64,000 nt of DNA, taken from the NCBI GenBank assembly GCA_965227515.1, contig CBDDFZ010000001.1, forward strand, positions 2,912,001 through 2,976,000, written 5' to 3'. Source of the DNA: Alphaproteobacteria bacterium. GTDB lineage: Bacteria; Pseudomonadota; Alphaproteobacteria; CALKHQ01. A program made the position numbers and the translations under genes. Each line of letters starts with the position of its first letter. Position 1 is the first letter of the stretch. The notes beneath the pieces are model-generated. The model had not been told where the DNA came from. It made no database searches and saw only the letters and a list, made by a program, of their open reading frames with translations. Positions 44,079 to 52,819 of the stretch are shown piece after piece.

Positions 44079-44106
44079 GGGCGCCCATCACGAGGCGCCT
44101 TTTTTT
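44079..44106 (+). terminator. hairpin plus U-tract after the cassette
   Basis: GGGCGCC-catcacga-GGCGCCT followed by a T run. Confidence 0.6.
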
Positions 44107-44136
44107 GTTTCCCGAACCCCCTGCAACGGAGGCCCC

Positions 44137-44694
44137 ATGTCCTCGATCGTGGACATCTGCAACCGCGCGCTCGACAAGCTGGGCGAGCAGCCGATCACCT
44201 CGCTGGCCGACGACACCAAGCCGGCGCGCGCCTGCAACCGCGCGTTCGAGCCGGTGCGCGACGCGGTGCTGCGCGACCATCCGTGGAACTTCGCCATCGC
44301 GCGCGCAGCACTTGCTGCCAGCACGACGGCGCCGGCCTGGGGCTATGCCGCGCAGTACACGCTGCCGGTCGACTGCCTGCGGGTGGTGACGGTGGACACC
44401 ACTTGGCCGTGGACGGTGGAGGGTCGGGCGATCCTGACCGATGCCGGCGCGCCGCTCTACATCCGCTATGTGCGCCAGGAGACCGACGCCAGCCTGTTCG
44501 ATCCGCTGTTCGTGGAGGCGCTGGCCGCCCGGCTGGCGGTGGAGCTGTGCGAGGGGCTGACCCAGTCCAACACCAAGCGCGACATCGCGACCCGCTCCTA
44601 CAAGGAGATCCTGGCCCGCGCCCGTGCCATCGACGGCCGCGAAGCCTCCGCCGAGACCTTCGCCGACACCGCGTGGTTCGAAGCCCGGCGTTGA
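44137..44694 (+). CDS. tail tubular protein A/adaptor (T7 gp11-like)
   Basis: VDICNRALDKLGEQPITSL, RDAVLRDHPWNFA, YTLPVDCLRV, FDPLFVEALAARLA. Confidence 0.85.
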   Translation: MSSIVDICNRALDKLGEQPITSLADDTKPARACNRAFEPVRDAVLRDHPWNFAIARAALAASTTAPAWGYAAQYTLPVDCLRVVTVDTTWPWTVEGRAILTDAGAPLYIRYVRQETDASLFDPLFVEALAARLAVELCEGLTQSNTKRDIATRSYKEILARARAIDGREASAETFADTAWFEARR

Positions 44695-44731
44695 TTGTGT
44701 TGATCCGCTGACTTGAACGATCCGAATCATA

Positions 44732-44746
44732 GAACAAATAACGAAC
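44732..44746 (+). promoter_or_regulatory. alphaproteobacterial LexA box (perfect)
   Basis: GAAC-AAATAAC-GAAC in the intergenic gap ~20 bp before tail tubular B. Confidence 0.75.
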
Positions 44747-44765
44747 TTATAACCGCGAGACTGCC

Positions 44766-46817
44766 ATGCCCAAGGCCACACCTTTGCTCACCAACTTCAC
44801 CGCCGGCGAATGGGCGCCGACGCTGGAGGGCCGGATCGACCAGCAGAAATACGGCAACGCCTGCCGCCAGATGCGCAACATGTACCCGCTGCTGCACGGC
44901 CCGGTGCAGCGCCGCGCCGGCACCCGCTTCGTGCAGGAAGCGCATGATTCCAGCGTCGCCTGCCGCCTGCTGAGCTTCGAGTTCTCCACCGAACAGGCGT
45001 ATGTGCTGGAGTTCGGCGACGCCACCATGCGCGTGTTCATGGACCGCGGTATCGTGGAGACCGCGCCGGACACGCCGCTGGTGGTGACCAGCCCGTATGC
45101 CGCCGCCGACCTGTTCGCGCTGCGCACCGCGCAGTCCGCCGACGTGCTCTACATCGTCCACCCGGACTATGCGCCGCGCACGCTCACCCGCACCAGCCAC
45201 ACGAGCTGGACGTTCGCCGAGCTGTCGCTGCAGGACGGGCCGTACCTGCCGGTCAACGTCAGCGCGACCACGATGACGCCGGGCGCGCTCTCCGGCAGCA
45301 CGACGATGACCGCCAGCGCGGCGACGTTCGCGTCGACCGATGTCGGCCGGGTGCTGCGCTATCGCCCGACCACGGCGGCGGACTGGGGCTGGGCGCGCAT
45401 CACTGGCTTCACCAGCGCCACGGTGGTCGACATCACGTGGCACGCATCGCCCGGCGGGTCCGCCGGCGCGTCGACCGAATGGCGCCTCTGCGTGTGGTCC
45501 GACACCACCGGCTGGCCGACCACGGTGACGTTCTTCCAGGACCGGCTGTGCTTCGCCGGGGCGGCCGGCAGCCCGCAGCGCATCGACATGTCGCGCAGCG
45601 GCGACTACACCGCATTCGCGCCGACCGACCCGGATGGCAGCGTTGCCGATGATCACGCCGTGGGCGTCACCCTGAACGCCAGCAATGTCAACGCCGTGCG
45701 CTGGCTCGCCGACGACGAGAAGGGCCTGCTCGCCGGCTCGGTCGGCGGCGAGTGGATCGTGCGGCCGTCGTCGCTGGGCGAGGCGATCACGCCCGCCAAC
45801 GTGCAGGGCGCGCGCTCGACCAATTTCGGCAGCGCCGACGTGGCCCCGTTGCGGATCGGCCGCGCCGTGCTCTACGTCCAGCGCGCCCGGCGCCGGCTGC
45901 GCGAGCATGCGTTCGTGTTCGAGGACGACGGCTTCCGCTCGCCCGACGTCAGTATCCTGGCCGAGCACCTGATCAGCCCCGGCGTGGTCGAGATGGTCTA
46001 CCAGCAGGAGCCGTCCAGCATCGTCTGGGTGGTGCGCGTCGACGGGCGGCTGCTGGGCCTGACCTACGTCCGCGAGCAGGACGTGCTGGGCTGGCACCTG
46101 CACACGCTGGGCGGCCATGCCGATGCCGGTGACACGACGCCGGCGGCGGTGGAGAGCATCGCCACCATCCCGTCGCCGTCGGGCGACCGCGACGAGCTGT
46201 GGCTGGTGGTGCGCCGCCACATCGATGGGGCGACGGTGCGCTACGTTGAGTACATGGAGGCGCCGCTGGCCGAGGGCGGGGAGGGCGAGGACGCCTTCTA
46301 CGTCGATGCCGGGCTGACCTACGACGGTGCCGCGGCCGACACCATCACAGGCCTCGACCATCTGGAAGGCGAGACGGTCAGCGTGCTGGCCGATGGCGCC
46401 ACCCATCCCGACGTCACCGTTTCGGGGGGCGCGATCAGCCTGGAACGCGAGGCGGCGAAGGTGCAGGTCGGCCTGGGCTACGCCTGGCTGATGCAGACCA
46501 TGAACATCGAGGCGGGCTCGGCCTCGGGCACCGCCCAGGGCAAGACCAAGCGGCTGCATCGCTGCATCGTGCGGCTGCGCAACACGCTGGGCGCCACGGC
46601 GGGGCCGGACGAGACGACGCTGGACCCGATCCCGCAGACCATGTTCCGCCCGGCATCGGTGCCGATGGACCAGGCGGTGCCCTTGTTCAGCGGCGATGCC
46701 GACCTCGCCTGGCCGGGTGGCTATGAGTCCTTCGGCCGGGTGACCATCGGCGGCAGCCTGCCGTTGCCGGCCATGGTGGTCAGCATCACGCCGTTCCTGA
46801 TCACGCAAGATCGGTAG
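44766..46817 (+). CDS. tail tubular protein B/nozzle (T7 gp12-like)
   Basis: NFTAGEWAP.LEGRID, GPVQRRAGT, QSADVLYIVHP, GWPTTVTFFQDRL, EQDVLGWH. Confidence 0.85.
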   Translation: MPKATPLLTNFTAGEWAPTLEGRIDQQKYGNACRQMRNMYPLLHGPVQRRAGTRFVQEAHDSSVACRLLSFEFSTEQAYVLEFGDATMRVFMDRGIVETAPDTPLVVTSPYAAADLFALRTAQSADVLYIVHPDYAPRTLTRTSHTSWTFAELSLQDGPYLPVNVSATTMTPGALSGSTTMTASAATFASTDVGRVLRYRPTTAADWGWARITGFTSATVVDITWHASPGGSAGASTEWRLCVWSDTTGWPTTVTFFQDRLCFAGAAGSPQRIDMSRSGDYTAFAPTDPDGSVADDHAVGVTLNASNVNAVRWLADDEKGLLAGSVGGEWIVRPSSLGEAITPANVQGARSTNFGSADVAPLRIGRAVLYVQRARRRLREHAFVFEDDGFRSPDVSILAEHLISPGVVEMVYQQEPSSIVWVVRVDGRLLGLTYVREQDVLGWHLHTLGGHADAGDTTPAAVESIATIPSPSGDRDELWLVVRRHIDGATVRYVEYMEAPLAEGGEGEDAFYVDAGLTYDGAAADTITGLDHLEGETVSVLADGATHPDVTVSGGAISLEREAAKVQVGLGYAWLMQTMNIEAGSASGTAQGKTKRLHRCIVRLRNTLGATAGPDETTLDPIPQTMFRPASVPMDQAVPLFSGDADLAWPGGYESFGRVTIGGSLPLPAMVVSITPFLITQDR

Positions 46818-46828
46818 TAGGGCGAGTC

Positions 46829-47266
46829 ATGGAACTCGTACCGTTCCGGCCCGCCCATCTGGCGCGGCTGAGGCTGCAGCGCGCCCAGGTCCATCTCGGC
46901 GTGCTGCTGGACGATCCCGGTTACGGCGTGGCACTGGCCGAGGCCGGCCCCGCGTTTACGGGAGTTCATCGCGGCGCGGTCGTCGGGTGCGCCGGCCTGT
47001 CCGAACTGTCGCCGGGCCGGGCCTATGCCTGGGCGCTGTTGTCCGACTGCCGCGCGGTGCCGTTCCGGGCCGTGCACCGTGCCGTCGTCGACGTGCTGAA
47101 TGCGAGCCCTGTCCGCCGGATCGAGACCGCTGTCGACAGCGGGTTTGGCGCCGGCGAGCGCTGGGCGCGCTTGCTCGGCTTCGGGTGGGAGGGGCGGATG
47201 CGCGCCTATCTGCCGGATGGCGGCGACGCCGAACTCTATGCCCGCATCCGCTCGCCGGATGCCTGA
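46829..47266 (+). CDS. GNAT-like protein (T7 gp13 position)
   Basis: VGCAGL..AWALL, RIETAV, WARLLGF..EG.MRAY. Confidence 0.65.
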   Translation: MELVPFRPAHLARLRLQRAQVHLGVLLDDPGYGVALAEAGPAFTGVHRGAVVGCAGLSELSPGRAYAWALLSDCRAVPFRAVHRAVVDVLNASPVRRIETAVDSGFGAGERWARLLGFGWEGRMRAYLPDGGDAELYARIRSPDA

Positions 47267-47300
47267 CCGCCACCAGTACAAACCACGAGGAGAGACGCCC

Positions 47301-47723
47301 ATGGGCGCGGACATCTTCACCATCGGCACCACGCTGCTGACCACGCTTGCCAACGTGTCGCAGCAGCGCGCCCGTGCGGACGGCGCCGACAACCAGGCGC
47401 AATTCGCGCGCGCCCAGGCCGCCGCCGATGCGGCCGAGGTGCGGCGCAAGGCGCGCAAGGACCTGTCGACACGCCGGGCGCGCATCGGTGCCGCCGGCAT
47501 CACCGTGGAGGGCTCGCCGATCGAGATCCTGGCCGATACCGCGGCCGAGCATGAGATCGAGGCCAAGGACATCGAGAACAGCGGCGCCCTGTCGGCCTAT
47601 CGACACGACCTGACGGCGGATCAGGCGCGGTCCGAAGCCGGCAAGGCCTTGCTGGGCGGGTTCAACACGATCGGCCGCTCGGTGCTGTCGGCCGCCCCGT
47701 CACGTGGACGCACTGGCACATAG
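47301..47723 (+). CDS. small internal virion protein (gp14-like)
   Basis: RARIGAAGITVEGSPIEIL motif in an Ala-rich helical protein. Confidence 0.65.
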   Translation: MGADIFTIGTTLLTTLANVSQQRARADGADNQAQFARAQAAADAAEVRRKARKDLSTRRARIGAAGITVEGSPIEILADTAAEHEIEAKDIENSGALSAYRHDLTADQARSEAGKALLGGFNTIGRSVLSAAPSRGRTGT

Positions 47724-47760
47724 GCGCACTGGCACGTAGGCGCACTGGCCCGTAGGCGCG
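47709..47760 (+). repeat. 16-bp tandem repeat x3
   Basis: Variants of GCGCACTGGCACGTAG spanning the stop codon of the gp14-like gene. Confidence 0.8.
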
Positions 47761-47813
47761 GGCCTCACCCCACTTCCCGACCATTGGAGACCATGATGAT
47801 GCGATCCCATGAC

Positions 47814-48284
47814 ATGGCTGACGCTACGCCGCAGGACCCCGGTCCCCTCGACCTGGGTCCATATGCCGGCGAACCGCCGGCCGACCCAAACGATTTCGAC
47901 TTCTCTTCGATCCGTCTGGACCCGGACGTGCCGATCGAGGCGCACCAGCGCGCGCTGGAAACGGTGCGGGCCTGGTTCACCGAAGCCGGCCTGTCGCTGG
48001 GCGAGGCCCAGACGCTGGTCAACCGCTTCAACGAGGCGATGGACCCGTACTCCAGTCGACCCGAAGGCGAGGGCGACGACCTCACCGCAGCCGCGCGCCA
48101 TTACCTGACCGTCCGCTGGGGCGATCATTTTGAACAAAACATGAATATCGTTGCCGACGCCATCCAGCGGCTGGGCGGCAATGCGCTGGAGGCGATGCTG
48201 CGCGCCGCCCACCTGCGGTTCGACCCGTTCGTCGTGCGCACGATCTTCAATGTCGCCGCGCGCAAGGGATGGGCCGACGCATGA
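47814..48284 (+). CDS. capsid scaffold-like protein (short)
   Basis: PPADPNDFDF, AGLSLGEAQTL, LTVRWGDHFEQNM, DPFVVRTIF resemble podophage assembly scaffolds; start uncertain (47784-47814). Confidence 0.55.
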   Translation: MADATPQDPGPLDLGPYAGEPPADPNDFDFSSIRLDPDVPIEAHQRALETVRAWFTEAGLSLGEAQTLVNRFNEAMDPYSSRPEGEGDDLTAAARHYLTVRWGDHFEQNMNIVADAIQRLGGNALEAMLRAAHLRFDPFVVRTIFNVAARKGWADA

Positions 48285-48925
48285 CGGCACAGCCCAACAC
48301 CATGCCCGACCGGCCGCGCGCCGGGACGGGCAACGGCCTGATCGCCGACGTAGACCTCGGCGAACGGCTGGATGCCCTGTTGGCCAAACGCGATGAGGCA
48401 TTTGCACGACTGACCGACCTGGAAGCCAAGCGCGCCCATCTGGCCCTGCAGGTGCACGGTGGCGACAAGGCGGCGGAGAAGGAGCTCAACCGGACCCGCT
48501 CGCAGATTGCCCGGCAGTCGGCCCTGGCTGCCGATCTGGACGCCGCCGTCGATGTCGCCCACGCCCGAATCGCAGAGGCCGATGGCTCGGCGGCGGCGGT
48601 CGCGGACGACAGCATGGCATCAATCGTGCGTGAACTTGGCGCCCGGCGGTTGGAGCTGGCGCGCGAGATCGAGGGCCACGTCGAGTCGGTCGCCGAAGCC
48701 TATCGCCGCATGCTGCGCCTGACCGACGAATTCCGTCTGGCCGGGCTGGCAAATGGCCCGCTTGGCGCTGAACTCAACCGCTTCCGCGACCGGTTTGGCT
48801 TCTACCTGGAGACCATGCTTGACTTTGTGGGAGGCAGCCCTGTTCATTGCAGCCATCCGCACTATCGTCGGCTGGCGGCATTGCTGCTGGATGGCGATGC
48901 GTTGGCGTCGTTGCGGTCGCGTTAG
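48281..48925 (+). CDS. coiled-coil hypothetical protein
   Basis: ATGA overlap with the upstream gene; heptad-rich. Confidence 0.65.
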   Translation: MTAQPNTMPDRPRAGTGNGLIADVDLGERLDALLAKRDEAFARLTDLEAKRAHLALQVHGGDKAAEKELNRTRSQIARQSALAADLDAAVDVAHARIAEADGSAAAVADDSMASIVRELGARRLELAREIEGHVESVAEAYRRMLRLTDEFRLAGLANGPLGAELNRFRDRFGFYLETMLDFVGGSPVHCSHPHYRRLAALLLDGDALASLRSR

Positions 48926-49063
48926 CAGGCTGGCGCACCGGGGCAGCAGAGGGCCGGCCGGGGCGGTTGCCTTATTGGATCGGCGTCAGGTAATGACACG
49001 CGTATCGAAGGCGCAAATGCTATCCAGAGCGCAGCCAGGATCGCGCTGCTTCGGGACCACCTA

Positions 49064-49756
49064 GTGCAAGAATTCCTCGCCAATATCGTCACCACCTTCG
49101 GCGACCTCGTCGCATCGTTCGGCTACATCGTCATCGGGCTGGTCATTCGCCGGCTGTGGGCGGTCATCCTGCTCGCGGTGGTGTGGGCGGTCATTTCGTA
49201 CGGCCTCTATCAGTCGGACCAGCTCGGCATCGAGATTACCGAGGTGGTCAATCAGATCGACTGGGACGCGGCGCAGGAGACGTTGCCGATACGCCTCGTC
49301 ATCGCGGTCGTCATCAGCGCGTTCGCCTGGTTCTGCATGAGCCTGATGATCGGCAGCTTCCGGCCGCGCAAGCGGCGCCGGGCGGCGGCCGCATCGGCGC
49401 GGGAGATGCCGAGCGACAAGCTGCCGCCGCTGCCACGCGGTGCCGGCGGGGGCAGGGGCGATGGCCGGCAAGAGCCGTCCTTCGTCGCGCCGGCGCCGGA
49501 TGCCGGTCAGGTCGCGGCACCAGTGGCCACGGCCGCTGCCGCACCGGCGATGATGGAGCCTGCGGCACCGCCGCCGATGACGCCGCCCATACCGCAGCAG
49601 CCGGCCGAGGCGCCGGTGGCTCCCCCTGCGTCTGGCGACGATGCCTACGGTCCGGCGGCCACTGCCGACAAGCTGGGGCGCATCTACTCCGAGCGGGAAC
49701 TGGACGACCTGATCGCCGCCCTGCAGGAAAAGCGCGCGCGCCCCTCCGAAGACTGA
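49064..49756 (+). CDS. membrane protein with Pro/Ala-rich C-terminus
   Basis: Three hydrophobic segments followed by a low-complexity tail. Confidence 0.65.
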   Translation: MQEFLANIVTTFGDLVASFGYIVIGLVIRRLWAVILLAVVWAVISYGLYQSDQLGIEITEVVNQIDWDAAQETLPIRLVIAVVISAFAWFCMSLMIGSFRPRKRRRAAAASAREMPSDKLPPLPRGAGGGRGDGRQEPSFVAPAPDAGQVAAPVATAAAAPAMMEPAAPPPMTPPIPQQPAEAPVAPPASGDDAYGPAATADKLGRIYSERELDDLIAALQEKRARPSED

Positions 49757-49816
49757 CCGGTTGCCGGGCTGCCTGATGGCGGTCCGTCCGGTTGCGTCTC
49801 GAAAAAGGAACAAAAC

Positions 49817-50791
49817 ATGACCATTAGCTCTACGCATAGCCGCGTCGGCTATGCCTGCGACGGGGCGACGACGGTGTTCAACGTCACGTTTCCGTTCTTC
49901 GATGGCGATGACCTGGAGGTCATCGAACGCGTCGCCGTCAGCGGCGCCGAAACGCTGAAGGCCAATGGCGCCGACTACGCCGTCACCGGCGGCGGTGGAT
50001 CGACCGGTACCGTTGTGGCGACGGCGGCGCCGGCATCTGGCCTGGAATGGCACGTGCGGCGCGTCACCGGGCGGTTGCAGCAGACCGACTACACGGCCAA
50101 TGACCCGTTCCCGGCGGAAACGCATGAGACCGCGCTCGACCGACTGACGGCCATCGCCCAGGAACTCGACGAGCAGGGCAGCCGCGCGCTGCGCTACCCG
50201 TCGACCGACAGCTCGTCCCTGTCCGCGGCGATCCCGAACAGCGTCGACCGCGCCAGCGCCTATCTGGCGTTCGATGCCAGCGGCGAGCCCATCGCGTCCA
50301 CCGGGCCGACCGGCGACAGTGCGATCCCGGTGTCGACCTACGCCGAGACGCTGTTGGACGATGCCGACGCCGCCACCGCGCGGGCAACGCTGGGCCTCGG
50401 CACGGCCGCGGTCGGCGATATCGGCACCGACGTCCAGGCCTACGACGCCGACACGCTGAAGGCGGACACCGACGACACCCTGACCGCCGGGTTCGCGGCC
50501 ACCGCCGAGGACCTGGGCACCATCACCACCGGCACGACGACGCTGGCATTCTCGAACAGCAACGTGAAGACGGCGCTCAACGGTGGCGCGCACACGCTGG
50601 CGCCGCCGTCGAGCGGCGAGGGCACGATCGTGCTGCAACTCACCAACAACGGCAGTGCCGGCGCGGTGACCGTGTCGGGTTTCACCGCCGTGACCGGCGA
50701 CAGCCTGACCACGACCGACGGCGACGACTTCCTGCTCTACGTCACCCGGGTCAACGGCTTCTCCCACCTGCATGCGGTGGCGCTGCAATGA
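49817..50791 (+). CDS. tail fibre protein (T7 gp17-like N-terminus)
   Basis: YACDGATTVFNVTFPFF, QQTDY..NDPFPAETHETALDRLT, ARATLGLG. Confidence 0.8.
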   Translation: MTISSTHSRVGYACDGATTVFNVTFPFFDGDDLEVIERVAVSGAETLKANGADYAVTGGGGSTGTVVATAAPASGLEWHVRRVTGRLQQTDYTANDPFPAETHETALDRLTAIAQELDEQGSRALRYPSTDSSSLSAAIPNSVDRASAYLAFDASGEPIASTGPTGDSAIPVSTYAETLLDDADAATARATLGLGTAAVGDIGTDVQAYDADTLKADTDDTLTAGFAATAEDLGTITTGTTTLAFSNSNVKTALNGGAHTLAPPSSGEGTIVLQLTNNGSAGAVTVSGFTAVTGDSLTTTDGDDFLLYVTRVNGFSHLHAVALQ

Positions 50792-51570
50792 CCTTTCCGT
50801 TTCCAGTCCCACCGCCGGTGGCGGGGATCGTCACCGACGGCTTGGCGCTGCACCTGGATGCCGGCGATGCCGCGTCCTACGGCGGGTCGGGCCAGACGGT
50901 CACCGACCTGTCCGGTGCGGGCAACGACTTCTATCTGGGGTCGACCAGCGGTGTCGAAAGCGTCGATCCGGCCTTCAATGGGGTGGCCGGCGCCAAGAGC
51001 GGCAGCGAGTATTTCTCGACCGATGGCGGCGACCATATGGACCTGGCGGCAGCGCATTCCGGCGAATTCATCCGCGAGGTGGGGCGCAGCGACACGCCGA
51101 CAACCATCGAGCTGTGGGTCTACATGGCCACCAGCTCCAGCGAGCAGATGCTGTTCTCCAACAGCTACTCGGCCAGCGGGCCAGCGACGACCGGCATTCA
51201 GTTCTACTGGTTGTCCGGCGACGGGCTGCGCATGTCGACGGTCGGCAGCTCGACATCCAACACGCAAGACACGTCGGGCACGTTCTCGTTGGCGGCGTGG
51301 CACCAAATCGCCTGGGCCGGCCAGCTCGACGGGGCCACGACCTGCCGCTTCCTGGTCGATGGGGTGACCGACAGCACGTACACCAAGGCGGGCCTGTTCA
51401 CGGCGGGCGACAGCACCTATGTGCCCCGCCTGATGCGCCGCCAGGGCTCGCCGTTCTACGGCATGGAAAGCGGCGGCCGGCTGGCCATCGCGCGGATCTA
51501 CAGCCGCGTCCTGAGCGAGGCGGAACTGCAACGGAACTTCAACGCCCAGAAATCGAGGTTCGGCCTATGA
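50788..51570 (+). CDS. LamG/concanavalin-like domain protein
   Basis: IVTDGLALHLDAGDAASY, DLSGAGN, WHQIA, RIYSRVLSEAELQRNFNA. Confidence 0.8.
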   Translation: MTFPFPVPPPVAGIVTDGLALHLDAGDAASYGGSGQTVTDLSGAGNDFYLGSTSGVESVDPAFNGVAGAKSGSEYFSTDGGDHMDLAAAHSGEFIREVGRSDTPTTIELWVYMATSSSEQMLFSNSYSASGPATTGIQFYWLSGDGLRMSTVGSSTSNTQDTSGTFSLAAWHQIAWAGQLDGATTCRFLVDGVTDSTYTKAGLFTAGDSTYVPRLMRRQGSPFYGMESGGRLAIARIYSRVLSEAELQRNFNAQKSRFGL

Positions 51571-51917
51571 CCGACTACATCGACCCCAACGACCCGACAG
51601 GCCGGCGCTACCCCGCCGGCGTGTCGCGGCAGAAGCTGCCGAATGGCGACACCTGCCTGACGCCGCTGGACGAGAATACCGCCATGACCGCCGGCCTGCT
51701 GCCGGTGGAAGAGGTGCGGCCCGCCCTGGCTGACGATGAGGAACTGGGCGACCCAACCCCGGAGGTGCGCGCCGACAAGGTGGTGCTGACCTACGCCAAG
51801 CGCCGCAGGTCCGCGACCGATCTGGCCGCCGAGGCCCGTGCGCGCCGCGACCTGCTGGCGGAGCTGGATGCGCTCGCCGCCCGCGTCGACGCATTGGAAA
51901 TTCAACTGCAACCCTAG
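51567..51917 (+). CDS. small tail-associated hypothetical protein
   Basis: ATGA overlap; C-terminal coiled coil LAARVDALE. Confidence 0.6.
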   Translation: MTDYIDPNDPTGRRYPAGVSRQKLPNGDTCLTPLDENTAMTAGLLPVEEVRPALADDEELGDPTPEVRADKVVLTYAKRRRSATDLAAEARARRDLLAELDALAARVDALEIQLQP

Positions 51918-51927
51918 GAGATTTCAC

Positions 51928-52329
51928 ATGATCCGTTATCGCGCCGCCCTCGGGGCCCTCCCCTGGGCGGCTTTTTTGTTGGCGGTTTGGCTCGGCATGT
52001 CCCTGGTGGCGGCGCGGGCCGATGCCCAGGATTGCCGGTCGCCGATGGACATCGTGGCGGCGGCCGCCGCCGATGGCGTGGAGGTGGTCGTGCTCGACCC
52101 GGCGGCCTCCGCGACCGCCATGGCGGCCTACAACGCCATTCCCCCGGTCACCGCCTATGCCCATGACACGGTGGCCTACGCGCCGGTGATGACCCAGCGC
52201 GGTCCGGCCGTGGTGTGGATGTTCTTTGCCGATGGCTGTTTGGCCGCCCACGACATCCTGCCGGTCGGCCTGTCCGAACGGCTGTTCGACGCCATTGCCG
52301 GCGGCGGCGGGCAACCTGTCGGTGGTTGA
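51928..52329 (+). CDS. secreted hypothetical protein
   Basis: RBS AGGAG; signal peptide ending ARADA; two Cys. Confidence 0.6.
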   Translation: MIRYRAALGALPWAAFLLAVWLGMSLVAARADAQDCRSPMDIVAAAAADGVEVVVLDPAASATAMAAYNAIPPVTAYAHDTVAYAPVMTQRGPAVVWMFFADGCLAAHDILPVGLSERLFDAIAGGGGQPVGG

Positions 52330-52347
52330 GCCGATTGCGGTGCCCCG

Positions 52348-52803
52348 ATGATCGACCAAGACCTTTCCAGGCGCCTCGATGCCATGGAGGCACGCCTGCG
52401 TCAGCCGGCGCCGCTGGCCCTCGACCGCAAGGTCTCCATCGGCGTGATCTTCGCGCTGATCGTGCAGGCGGCTCTCGGCGTCTGGTGGGCCAGCAAGCTC
52501 GACAGCCAGGTGACGGCCAACGCCGTCGCGGCCGCCGAGGCGCGCAATTTCACCATCGCCGAAGTGGCGCGCCTTGCCCAGATCATCGCCGACAACCGCG
52601 AGTGGCAGATCGAGCAGCGGGTGCGGGTGTGGGACCGCGTCAACGACCAGGGCCTCGCCATCGAACAGATGGGCCGCAACATGGCCACCCAACTCGCGAT
52701 GCTGGAGGGCGTGCGCGACGAGGTGCGCGAGACCAAGCGCTCGGTCGACCGGCTGGTGGAACGCCTGTTGGACCAGCGGGGCGGTTTCGCGCCGCCCGAA
52801 TGA
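52348..52803 (+). CDS. single-TM coiled-coil protein (lysis region)
   Basis: LDRKVSIGVIFALIVQ..VWWAS, then coiled coil. Confidence 0.65.
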   Translation: MIDQDLSRRLDAMEARLRQPAPLALDRKVSIGVIFALIVQAALGVWWASKLDSQVTANAVAAAEARNFTIAEVARLAQIIADNREWQIEQRVRVWDRVNDQGLAIEQMGRNMATQLAMLEGVRDEVRETKRSVDRLVERLLDQRGGFAPPE

Positions 52804-52819
52804 CAGGAGACTGTCTGAC

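Noticed and set aside
47709-47760. Mini-CRISPR
   Set aside because: Contiguous 16-bp tandem units with no spacers
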